Source of the DNA: Bacteroidales bacterium
Lineage (GTDB): Bacteria; Bacteroidota; Bacteroidia; Bacteroidales; UBA12077
Length of the DNA: 64,000 bases
Assembly (NCBI GenBank): GCA_035269575.1
Contig: DATFIZ010000103.1
Span: 23,536 to 87,535 of the forward strand
Direction of reading: 5' to 3'
Below, piece by piece: positions 19,878 through 29,700 of the stretch. The translations under genes were made by a program, and so were the position numbers. Within the stretch, counting starts at the first letter, position 1. Each line of letters begins with the position of its first letter. The notes under the pieces were generated by a model. The model did not search any database. It was not told where the DNA came from and saw only the letters and a list, made by a program, of their open reading frames with translations.

Positions 19878-20261
19878 TTAATAGCAGACAGACTGGGTCC
19901 TAACCTCTTCGAGTAAATTTTCCGCCATTGCCGACAACTTGATTTTTAAAGAACTCATACTTCCGGATTTTTTAGCGCTACACCCTTCTTCAAGTAAAGC
20001 CACACCAATATCATTCAGCGCATCATCACAAGTTGATGCACTTACTCCATCACAGTAATAGTCAACCCCATTAAAAGTGTAATATGAATTATTAACTCCA
20101 TCACTACAAAATGTAGCAATTGCATTGACGTCGACCGGACAGGAGAAGTCTTCAGTAAGATCTTCACTATCACATGTCTCCGCATCCTCCTCTTTGTCGC
20201 AAGCAATAATCGCAACAGCAAAAACCATCATTATCCAAATCAAGAATCTTTTTGTTTTCAT
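19878..20261 (-). CDS. small acidic cysteine-rich lipoprotein, unknown function
   Basis: 127 aa with lipobox AIIAC. The mature chain starts DKEEDAETCDSEDLTEDF. There are 7 further Cys, mostly in C-D/C-S/C-P contexts, the last at the penultimate residue (SVCY). Confidence 0.6.
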   Translation of the reverse strand: MKTKRFLIWIMMVFAVAIIACDKEEDAETCDSEDLTEDFSCPVDVNAIATFCSDGVNNSYYTFNGVDYYCDGVSASTCDDALNDIGVALLEEGCSAKKSGSMSSLKIKLSAMAENLLEEVRTQSVCY

Positions 20262-20325
20262 TGCTATTATTTTTAGTTATTACAAATCGTTTTTATATTC
20301 ACCCGCAAATTAATGAATAAAAAAT

Positions 20326-20988
20326 TTAATGTAAAGCATATGCCAGTTCTTTTTCAATGATCTCTTTAAATTCATTATATTCTCTGTATCCTTTATATAT
20401 CTTGTTGTTAATCACAAAGGTAGGCGTTCCGGTACATTTCAATCGCCTAAAATCAACCATATTTCGTAATATATATTTCTCAGACTCTCCACTTAACATG
20501 CATTCTGCAACAAATTCATCTTTTTCAATTAACTCATTCGTTACAGCCATGAATTTATCGGTATAAACTACCTTAGGTTCTTTTAATAAAAGTTCGTTTA
20601 ATTTTTCAAAATCCCCAAATTCATTAATGCATACAGCTAACATTAATGAATTAACTACGGGGGCATTTTTTTCAAGCGCAACAAGCTTTACAACTAGTTT
20701 TACTTTTCCACGGTTCATGTATTCATTTTTCAGGGAAGGAAAAACGTTTTCAAAAAATTTTCTGCAAAAAAAACAGTTATAACTCGAAAACATAAATATG
20801 GTTATATCCGTTGAATCTTTTCCATAAACAATGTCTAAATCGTTTTCAAAAACGATATTTTCGGGACTCCTTCCATTCTTATCAAAATCATTAAATAAGA
20901 ACAAAAATGAAGCCATAGCAATTAGGATTGCTAAAACGATTAAAATCAAATAATACTTCTTTTTATTGATTCCTGCCATACCTTTCAA
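20326..20988 (-). CDS. membrane-anchored DsbA-like thioredoxin-fold oxidoreductase
   Basis: N-terminal TM anchor (YYLILIVLAILIAMASFLFLF), CxxC motif SSYNCFFCRKF, a helical insertion, and the cis-Pro loop GTPTFVINNK typical of DsbA-type proteins. The start overlaps the upstream AsmA-like gene by 26 nt. Confidence 0.75.
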   Translation of the reverse strand: MKGMAGINKKKYYLILIVLAILIAMASFLFLFNDFDKNGRSPENIVFENDLDIVYGKDSTDITIFMFSSYNCFFCRKFFENVFPSLKNEYMNRGKVKLVVKLVALEKNAPVVNSLMLAVCINEFGDFEKLNELLLKEPKVVYTDKFMAVTNELIEKDEFVAECMLSGESEKYILRNMVDFRRLKCTGTPTFVINNKIYKGYREYNEFKEIIEKELAYALH

Positions 20989-23900
20989 TGATCTCCTGAT
21001 TTCTTTTTGTTCTATCCAGATCTGTATTAAAGTTTACTAAAAACGGATTAAATAATAACTGCAACCATCCTTGTTGTTTATTTAAATCTTTTAAAAAATC
21101 TGTTTCTAACTTTTCATTATCAAAACCATTCTTTTTGTTTCCGTCCTTTTTCATAGAAACAAGCTTTAACCCACTTCTTTCAACGTTACTTCCATCTATT
21201 TTGTTTTGTTTTGCCTGTTCTTTCATAATTTTCTCAGACTTGCCGGTCAAAACATCCCCTAAATGAATTTTTAAATGATATTCATATTCATCTTTCAGGC
21301 TGTGCATAGCAAAGGCTGTAATATCCATAGATGAAGTAACAATATCAGTTTCCGGTATATATATCTTATCCTTATACATAAACAAGCTTGTTGTTAAGGT
21401 ATTAAAGTCCAGTTTATCTAAACCTTTCAGACCGCCCAATATTTTATTTTTAGATAAATCTACCAACGGCTCGTAATCGTAAATTTTCCCATCTTCGAGC
21501 ATGAAGTGGCCTTGTGCCCTTATTCTATCTGTCGGCCATGCCCCTTCCTCATAAAACACTCTTACATGCATTTCGCTTGTTAATATTCCACTAATTTTTT
21601 CGTAAGTCAGTGTAGTATCTCCAAAGTTATCATTTCGCATCAATAATTCTTTAACATCCAAACCTGTAATATAATTTTTAACATCAATTACGGGTTTATC
21701 CCACCTGCGAGCATCCAATTTAAATGAAGTATTTAATTCTCCCTGGCATGTTTTCATTTTAAACTGGTCAACTACATATAAACTGTCTGTAAGCCGGAAT
21801 AGTAATGATAGGTCATCAATAATATTTTTCTCGTACTCAACTTTATCAATGGACAGTTTCCCACGAACAAGGAAATGTGGAATTCCAAGTTTTTTAAGTT
21901 TTGGCAATAATGGAGTTGTAGTACTGTCATTAAAGGGGGCCGTTTGTTCAGAAATACCCGTGTTTTTTTCCGGTAAAACCTCAGGGTTCGTTTCTGATAC
22001 TATTGAATCAGAACTTATAAAAGCTCCCAGAAAACTATGATTAATTTCTCCAAGCGCAATATTGGTTTGTACCGTTATAAAGTCTTTTTCATTGCCCAGC
22101 ATTAACACCTCATAAGCATTCCAGATTTCGGTTGAATCAATCATAAAATCCAAACCTGCAGCAATACCTCTCATATTATTAATATTAATTGCTTCAGGCG
22201 CCATGCTAACTATTCCATTAAATTTTTCAATCGAATATAAAGGATAATCATACAATTCTGCATAAACATCCGTTAAGGTCATCTGAAACTCACTTTTTTT
22301 AAACAAAATATCCATATATTGGGTACTTAGTGAATCCAGATTTAACGTTGCCTTTGATTTAACATTTAAAACAAGAATTCCTTTTAGCATTTTAAACATA
22401 GAGTCGGGAAGCATTCCTTTAGCCTCTCTTAGGTTTGTTCTTATTTTACTCTCAAAATCATAGCTTGGGTTGTTAAGATTGCTAACTTTTCCATAACCAG
22501 TAACTACAGAACCCTTTGTTTCTATTTGATACGATTTAATATTAAGCTGAATACCTGAAATATTATTTATGCTCCCATTAAAGCCCACATTAAATGAACT
22601 GTTTTTTAATTCTCCATTATAAGCCGGCACTTCAACATTAAGCTTTTCTATGGAAAACTGATTCGGTTTATAATTAAAGATTGTGGAAAAATCTTTAATG
22701 CTAAGCTCTGAGTCAACATCAATATTTAAATTATTAAAATAAACTTCAGCCTGTGAGTTTGCCATGAGGTCATCTATAAAGTCATCGCCAATTGAATCTG
22801 GCAATTCTCCTTTCGTTGAAAATTTTGCTTTGATATTTCCATCCATATTTTTGATTAAGGAATCAGGAATAAAACGTTTAAATTCACCAACATTAATGTC
22901 CATTATTGTATTTACGGCATACTTAGGATAATCTAAATCGAGCAATGAAAATGCAATATCAAATTTACTTTTTTCTGTTTCAAAATGGAGGGAGCTAAAA
23001 TTTGCCTGTGTTGATTGGTTATTTCTTAATATACCATTGGTAGCTTTTCCCGTAAACGAAATATTCTTTAATTCGGGGTAATCAGCCGTTTTTAGGTTTC
23101 CATCTTTAAAGTTTATATTTAAGTCTACTTTTGGCCATTCAAATTCGGAATAAACTCCTTTTGCTGTAGCATCCAGGCTCACCGTGCCTTTTACATGCTC
23201 AATTCCATATTCTTTTAAAGTTTCTTTGGGAACATATTTTATTATCTCATCTAAGTCAAATTCTGTTTCCGAAATTCTAATATCTGTTTTCATTTCATCC
23301 CCTAAAACAATACTTCCTAATAGATTAAACCCGGCACCATCACTATCCACTTTAAAATCTTTGATGCTAACAGAGTCATCCCTGTAGTCGATATCCAAAT
23401 CAATATCGGTATTATTCATTAAATACAAATTGGTTTTGTTAAAACTACATTTAGTCAAATTAACATGGCCAACAACCGAAGCAAGAATTTTGCTGCCTTG
23501 AATTTCTGCATTTACTTTTAGGTTAGGTATTTTAACTTTGGCTTTTGTTTTTAACAATTCATCATTATAATTAATAACAATATTCCAAGCCGATAAATCA
23601 TTTAAAATTAAGCTTAATGGTTTGGAAGGCACGGAATCAATCGCAACTGTATCCTCTTCAGATTTAAGCAAAAAATCAATGTTAGTAGCTCCCATTGTAT
23701 CAATTTGATAATGGATAATGGCGCCATCAATATCAATTTTTACAATCTCAAATTTGTTCTCCAATAAAGGTTTTGACTTAACCGAAACATATAATTTTTT
23801 ACATTGAAGAATTGTATCTGGTGTGGTTTTGGAAGTATCACCTCCACTCATTTTTTGAGGAGAACCCAACGTAACTCCATATAATTCGATTGTGGCATAC

Positions 23901-24088
23901 GGAAATTTCCTTAAGAGGTTGAATGAAACATCATCTATTGTAACTGGTGCTTTAATATTTTCACTTACCTTTTTTAAGGCAATATCGGTAATTTTATTTT
24001 CTGCAAGCTTTGATATTACAGCTAATGCTATAACTAATAAAATAAAAACAACAATCAGCCAAATAAATACTTTAAATATCTTTTTCAT
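20963..24088 (-). CDS. AsmA-family large envelope protein
   Basis: 1041 aa with a single N-terminal anchor (FKVFIWLIVVFILLVIALAVI) and a long repetitive beta-rich body. The C-terminal region is of the AsmA_2 kind (..LDFNTLTTSLFMYKDKIYIPETDIVTSSMDITAFAMHSL..). Confidence 0.7.
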   Translation of the reverse strand: MKKIFKVFIWLIVVFILLVIALAVISKLAENKITDIALKKVSENIKAPVTIDDVSFNLLRKFPYATIELYGVTLGSPQKMSGGDTSKTTPDTILQCKKLYVSVKSKPLLENKFEIVKIDIDGAIIHYQIDTMGATNIDFLLKSEEDTVAIDSVPSKPLSLILNDLSAWNIVINYNDELLKTKAKVKIPNLKVNAEIQGSKILASVVGHVNLTKCSFNKTNLYLMNNTDIDLDIDYRDDSVSIKDFKVDSDGAGFNLLGSIVLGDEMKTDIRISETEFDLDEIIKYVPKETLKEYGIEHVKGTVSLDATAKGVYSEFEWPKVDLNINFKDGNLKTADYPELKNISFTGKATNGILRNNQSTQANFSSLHFETEKSKFDIAFSLLDLDYPKYAVNTIMDINVGEFKRFIPDSLIKNMDGNIKAKFSTKGELPDSIGDDFIDDLMANSQAEVYFNNLNIDVDSELSIKDFSTIFNYKPNQFSIEKLNVEVPAYNGELKNSSFNVGFNGSINNISGIQLNIKSYQIETKGSVVTGYGKVSNLNNPSYDFESKIRTNLREAKGMLPDSMFKMLKGILVLNVKSKATLNLDSLSTQYMDILFKKSEFQMTLTDVYAELYDYPLYSIEKFNGIVSMAPEAININNMRGIAAGLDFMIDSTEIWNAYEVLMLGNEKDFITVQTNIALGEINHSFLGAFISSDSIVSETNPEVLPEKNTGISEQTAPFNDSTTTPLLPKLKKLGIPHFLVRGKLSIDKVEYEKNIIDDLSLLFRLTDSLYVVDQFKMKTCQGELNTSFKLDARRWDKPVIDVKNYITGLDVKELLMRNDNFGDTTLTYEKISGILTSEMHVRVFYEEGAWPTDRIRAQGHFMLEDGKIYDYEPLVDLSKNKILGGLKGLDKLDFNTLTTSLFMYKDKIYIPETDIVTSSMDITAFAMHSLKDEYEYHLKIHLGDVLTGKSEKIMKEQAKQNKIDGSNVERSGLKLVSMKKDGNKKNGFDNEKLETDFLKDLNKQQGWLQLLFNPFLVNFNTDLDRTKRNQEIIERYGRNQ

Positions 24089-24303
24089 TATAACGAAGTA
24101 TTAGAATTCTCCTTATTTCAAAATTAATAATAATTGAGAAGTGTAAGCTATGAAACGATAAAAATACTTCCAACGAAAACGATAGCTTGAGAAATATTAT
24201 TCTTTGACCATAAAAATAATACAATTAAAAGAAAAAAGTCTTTTTGCTATTTATTATTATATTGGTAAAGAGATATCACCAAACTTGGAATAACAAGAGG
24301 TTT

Positions 24304-25686
24304 TTATTCTAATCCATATTTATCTATTAAATAGATTAAGGCAGCCATTGCCGCAGCTCCATTTTGCATCTCTTCCCGTTTAATATGGTCAAAAGTATCA
24401 TTGGCCGAATGATGCCATTCAAAATAATGCGCAGGGTCAGTCAATAATCCGGCAAGGGGAGTTCCGTGCTGTTTTAAGGGGCCAATATCTACTCCACCTC
24501 CACCTTTTTCAAATACGGTTATATCATAAGGAGCAAATAATGTATTCCACGATTTTATTTTTTCGATTACTTTATCATTGGCATCAACCGAAAAGCCGAG
24601 AGGTTTTGTAACTCCCCGGTCACTTTCAATGGCAAAAATATGTTTTTCTCCTTTCCTTTTGGCTTCGCTGGCATAGGTTTTGCCTCCACCTTGTGAAATT
24701 TCTTCATCCATAAACATTACAGCACGGATTGAGTGTTTGGGTTGATATCCGATAGTTTTAAAAATTCTTAACACTTCAATGGATTGCATACAACCACCTC
24801 CATCATCATGAGCGCCAGGGCTGTTGTCCCACGAATCAAGATGACCTCCAACAACAATGTATTGATCGGGGTATTTTGATCCTGTAATCTCTCCAATGGA
24901 ATTATAAGAGATGGTATCAGGAAAGTTTTTGCAGCTTGTTTTGAAATAAAATGTCAGGTCTGGATTTTGTTTTAGCATATTACTTAACCTGTCGGCATGT
25001 TTTGTTGCAATAGCCACAGACGGAACCGTTTTGTCAACAGGTGCTTTGCGGGTCGTTCCGGTATGAGGAAAAGTGTCGATTGATGAGGTTAACGATCGAA
25101 TTACGGCTCCCACAGCACCATATTCTGCCGCCAGCAAAGGTCCTGCAAATCGCTGGCCGGCAGCTTCTCCATAGGCCTGAAACGGATGGTCTGAATTTGG
25201 ATCCATTGGTTGATTGAAAAAAACAATTTTTCCTTTTATCTGTTCTTTTGTGAATAATTTTAGACCATCTAAACCATTCACCTCTACAACCCTTGCTTCA
25301 ATGCCATTTTCACTTGTCGCAATTCCCCGGCCAAGCGCGCAAACATTAACAGGAATTTTTTCGTTCTTATGCTTTATTTCAGCAACTTCAATATTTCCCC
25401 TTTTCCAGTTCATAACCTGTATTTCCTGCAAAAAAACCTGATCCAGCTCCATTGATTCCATGATCTGTTTTGTCCACTTTGCTGCCTCTGTTCCTTGTGG
25501 ATAACAGGCAAGACGTTTGGGGTAATTAGAGGTTAAATAATTCAAGTTTTGGTACGATTCATTGCTGGACAATGCCTCCTTAAAGATATCCTGAATAATA
25601 TCCTGATCGGTGTGAACATTATTTTTAGAATTACAACCAGCGAAAAAAGTTAGTAAACTAATAAAGATTGTAATAAATGCTTTCAT
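24304..25686 (-). CDS. M28-family zinc aminopeptidase (secreted or lipoprotein)
   Basis: Signal/lipobox FFAGC. Metal-ligand motifs GGHLDSWDNSPGAHDDGGG and VMFMDEE, plus C-terminal WHHSANDTFDHI. Confidence 0.85.
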   Translation of the reverse strand: MKAFITIFISLLTFFAGCNSKNNVHTDQDIIQDIFKEALSSNESYQNLNYLTSNYPKRLACYPQGTEAAKWTKQIMESMELDQVFLQEIQVMNWKRGNIEVAEIKHKNEKIPVNVCALGRGIATSENGIEARVVEVNGLDGLKLFTKEQIKGKIVFFNQPMDPNSDHPFQAYGEAAGQRFAGPLLAAEYGAVGAVIRSLTSSIDTFPHTGTTRKAPVDKTVPSVAIATKHADRLSNMLKQNPDLTFYFKTSCKNFPDTISYNSIGEITGSKYPDQYIVVGGHLDSWDNSPGAHDDGGGCMQSIEVLRIFKTIGYQPKHSIRAVMFMDEEISQGGGKTYASEAKRKGEKHIFAIESDRGVTKPLGFSVDANDKVIEKIKSWNTLFAPYDITVFEKGGGGVDIGPLKQHGTPLAGLLTDPAHYFEWHHSANDTFDHIKREEMQNGAAAMAALIYLIDKYGLE

Positions 25687-25767
25687 CTGATTTTTTGGAA
25701 TTAGTTATCTAAATAAGCTATGACCTTTAAAAGAAAGAAAAGATTAATGGAGATGAGTAAAAATAAA

Positions 25768-25797
25768 AAAAGGTGCTTCTTTTATTCAGCACCTTTT
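25768..25797. terminator. orphan terminator-like hairpin in a divergent promoter region
   Basis: AAAAGGTGC (25768-25776), 12-nt loop, GCACCTTTT (25789-25797), with A/T runs on both sides. There is no annotated gene to terminate on either strand. Confidence 0.4.
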
Positions 25798-26078
25798 ATA
25801 GCTAATAAATAAATAGAGTGAGTTTTTGGTTAAAAATTAGCTTGTTTGCATCATGAAAAAATTCACAACTGAATTTCTTAACGGTACACGAAAGTAGTTT
25901 TTTTTCTTTAATGAAAATTTATATATCGACAAACGACAAATTTCTACCCCTAGAAATCAATTTTTATCGATATTTGATAAAAATTATGGTTATTTTCAAT
26001 CTTTTTAAAAAATTATTTATAAATTGCTGCCTAAATTATTTGATCTTAGATACTTAACCATCTAATTGTAAGTTTTTT

Positions 26079-26789
26079 ATGGGTTTAAGGTGTGTTGTGG
26101 TTGATGACGAACCATTAGCTATAACAATTATTGAAGGATTTTTAAAAAAAATTCCTTACGTAGAAGTTGTAGGGTGTTTTGATAATGCATTGCCTGTTTT
26201 TGAGTTTTTAAAAGAAAATGCTGTTGATCTTATTTTTCTGGATATTGAAATGCCTGGATTAACAGGGGTTGATTTTGTAAAAACACTTTCCAGCCCTCCC
26301 TCCATAATTTTTATTACAGCCAATAAAAACTATGCCATCGAAGGATTTGATTTAAATGTAGATGACTTTTTATTAAAGCCAATCAGTTTCGAGCGATTAT
26401 TAAAATCGGTTAACCGGATTGTAGAAAAAAAATCTGAAGAGAAGAAAAGTTTTGGTGATAAAGACTTTCTCTATCTGAAAGAAAATAAAAAGATGGTGAA
26501 AGTTTATCTGAAAAATATATTATATCTCGAAAGTATTAAAGATTATGTGAAAGTAGTTACTGTTTGCAAAACAGTTGTTACAAAACAACCCTTAAGCTAT
26601 TTTGAATCGATGCTTTCTGAGTCACAGTTTATAAGGATACATCGTTCCTTTATCGTAGCAATAAATAAGATTGATGCGTATAGTCTTTCAGGGATTGATA
26701 TTGGGACGTCAGAACTTCCTATCGGAAGAAAATATAAAGAGGGGGTTATTAAAAAGTTAGACCAGATTAGTAAAGCTGATGGTATCTGA
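26079..26789 (+). CDS. LytTR-family two-component response regulator
   Basis: Receiver domain (VVVDDEP, DLIFLDIEMPGLTG, LKP). The C-terminal LytTR DNA-binding domain has FIRIHRSFIVAINKI. The stop overlaps the kinase start by 1 nt (TGATG). Confidence 0.9.
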   Translation: MGLRCVVVDDEPLAITIIEGFLKKIPYVEVVGCFDNALPVFEFLKENAVDLIFLDIEMPGLTGVDFVKTLSSPPSIIFITANKNYAIEGFDLNVDDFLLKPISFERLLKSVNRIVEKKSEEKKSFGDKDFLYLKENKKMVKVYLKNILYLESIKDYVKVVTVCKTVVTKQPLSYFESMLSESQFIRIHRSFIVAINKIDAYSLSGIDIGTSELPIGRKYKEGVIKKLDQISKADGI

Positions 26790-29700
26790 TGAATAAGTTT
26801 TATAAAATCATTTTTTCTTTTTTTATTATAATTGGCACCCTACAGGTCAGTGCCCAGATAAGAGGATTGGTTTCTTCTGATTATTATACCTCAGAAGATT
26901 TTAATGTTCTACCACAAAATTGGTGTGTTACTCAGGATCAAAGAGGGCTGATGTATTTTGGGAATTCAAATTGTTTACTTGAGTATGATGGAGTAACGTG
27001 GAGAAAGATTTTTGTTACCAATCAATCAAATGTCAGAAGCCTTGATGTTGATCAACAGAATAATATTTTTGTTGGTGCATACAATGAGCTTGGTCTGTTA
27101 ACACCCGACAAGAAAGGCAAGTTGCATTACAAAACATTAACTCATTCAATTGATTCTCAGTACGTTGATTTTGGTGACGTTTGGAACACCCATTGTATTG
27201 GTGAAGAGGTTTTTTTCCTTACAGAAAAGACTATTTTTCGATATAAAAATCAACAATTTAGTTATTGGGAAAAATCAGCCGAACGATTTTATCTGAGTTT
27301 TAAGGTAAATCAGCGGTTGTATATTCATGAAAATGGAAAAGGATTAATGGTATTTGAGAATGACTCTCTTATACTTGTGAAAAAGGGTGATTTTTTTGCG
27401 GATAAACGGATTCATTCAATCATTTCCCTGGGCGAAAAACTGTTGGTTGGAACCAGGGCTAAGGGGTTGTATTTATATCAGCAAACCCATTCTAGAGTTG
27501 ATGTAATCCCTGTTTCTCAGGTATCTGAATCAGGCGAATCTTTGCATAACTATTTTGTTAAAAACAATCTTTATCATGGAATAAAAATTAATGAGCAGCT
27601 AATCGCTCTGGCTTCATTAAACGGAAAGGTTTTAATTGTTGATACAAATTTTAATGTTGTTGATGTTATTGATAAGCAATCAACAGGAGTTATAAGTCCT
27701 GCATATTATTTATATTTTGACAACAATCAATCATTATGGCTGGCATTAGATAATGGAATCAACAGGATTGATATATTTTCTCCTTTCCGATACTGGACAG
27801 AAGACTTAGGCGTAAATGGGAATATTCGCGATGTGGCAAGTTTGGATGAATATACCTATATTGCTACAGGTTCCGGCGTTTTTTATACAAAAGATAAAAA
27901 AGCAAAGCAAAGTTATTCCGTGAATCAGTTTTCTCCTGTAAAGGGTAAGTTTGAACAATCATGGGGATTCTTATACTTTTTTATCCCCGACAAACACCTA
28001 ATTAAAGGGGATGGAAATATTATCCAGAAATTAGAAACGCTGGAGTCTCCCTCTTCTGATGAAGCATTATTACTTATCGCGACAAGCGGAGGGCTTTTTC
28101 AGATTGAGAAAAATTACTCAAAACAGATTTCTGATTACCATAAAATTCTAAAAATTTATCAGTATAGCCGGGATCCATCCAAACTTGTTTTAGGATTAGC
28201 AGATGGTGTTGCCGTTTTAGATTATGCAAATGGACAATGGATAAACCTGGGGCGTATTTTTGATATCAACGAACAAATAAGACTTGTTGAGGAAGATTCG
28301 CTGGGGAGCTTGTGGTTAAGTGCCCGTCATAAAGGACTTTATGAGATAAGAAATCCTTTCCCTAAAGACAATAGATCTTTTGAGGTGATTTTTCATGGAG
28401 AGGGGAAGGGGTTGCCTTCTATGAATTTTGTTGGAATTGCCCGCTATAATAAGTTATTGCTTTTTAATACTGAAAATAACTATTATAGATATGATTGCCA
28501 AAAAGATACTTTTGTTTTGGCAGATGGAGTTATTCAATCCGAAAATAGTACTTCAGAAGATACAACCCAGACTGAAAGTAGTTACGATACTCTATCTGTT
28601 TATAAGGTTTTGGATAAAATGATTACCCCTATGTATGTAACCACTTTTACCGATTCGTCTATCTGGTTTGGAACCACCGAAGGGGTATTTCGCTACCGGG
28701 ATAATAATATTAAAAACTATTATGATGTTTTTCCTGCTATCATTCGGAAGGTTAGCACAAAAGATACGGTATTCTATTATGGCACAAATTTCTCCGGTAT
28801 TGAAAATGCAAAAGACACCTCTGTACAGGAAAGGAGTATAAGCCCATCAACTGATATTGACGTGGGTACCGTTATAAGTTATGAGGATAATTCATTGATT
28901 TTTGAATATGCATTTCCTTTTTATGATGATGAATCAGAAAATCAGTATAGTTTCTATTTGGAAGGATTTGATAAAACATGGTCTGATTGGACCACAGAAA
29001 CAAAAAGAGAGTATAATAATCTTCGTGAGGGGAATTATGTTTTCTATGTAAAAGCAAAAAGTATCTATAATATCGAGTCCGAACCCGCAATTTTTAAATT
29101 TAAAGTTTTACCTCCCTGGTACCGTTCTTTTGCAGCTATTTTAGGGTATATTATTTTTGGAATACTTTTCATTATTGGTATTGTTCGTCTTTATACTTAC
29201 CGGTTAATTCGGGAAAAAGATAAGCTGGAAGAGATTGTTGTTCAGCGTACGCAGGAAATATTAATGCAGAAGGAAGAAATTCTTGTTCAGGCTGAACATT
29301 TAAAAGATGCTAATGAGCGAGTTCGTGCTAAAAATGATGAGCTTGAAAAACAAAAATGGGAAATAACCAATCAGGCGATACAGCTCAGGAAAGCCAACCT
29401 GGAACTTTTAAAATTATCGAAAGTAGCCAGCGAAACAGATAATGCCATTGCTGTATTTACTAAAAACGGGGATATTGAATGGATAAACGATGCTTTTTCC
29501 AAAATGTATGGCTATACCCTGGAGCAGTACAAAAAAGAAAAATGTGGCAACATAAAACAAAGCAGTGACAGTCCAACAATTAATCACGCGATTAAAACCT
29601 GTCTGAAAGAAAAGAAATCAGTAGTATATGAATTCAAAACCAAATCAAGAGCAGGGAAAGAGTTGTGGGCTCAAACAACCCTTACTCCGGTTGTGGATAA

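Noticed and set aside
24089-24303. Weak inverted repeat AAGCTAT..ATAGCTT with AAACGATA direct repeats between the AsmA-like and peptidase genes.
   Set aside because: It is only a 7-bp stem with a roughly 30-nt loop in AT-rich DNA, which is within chance expectation.
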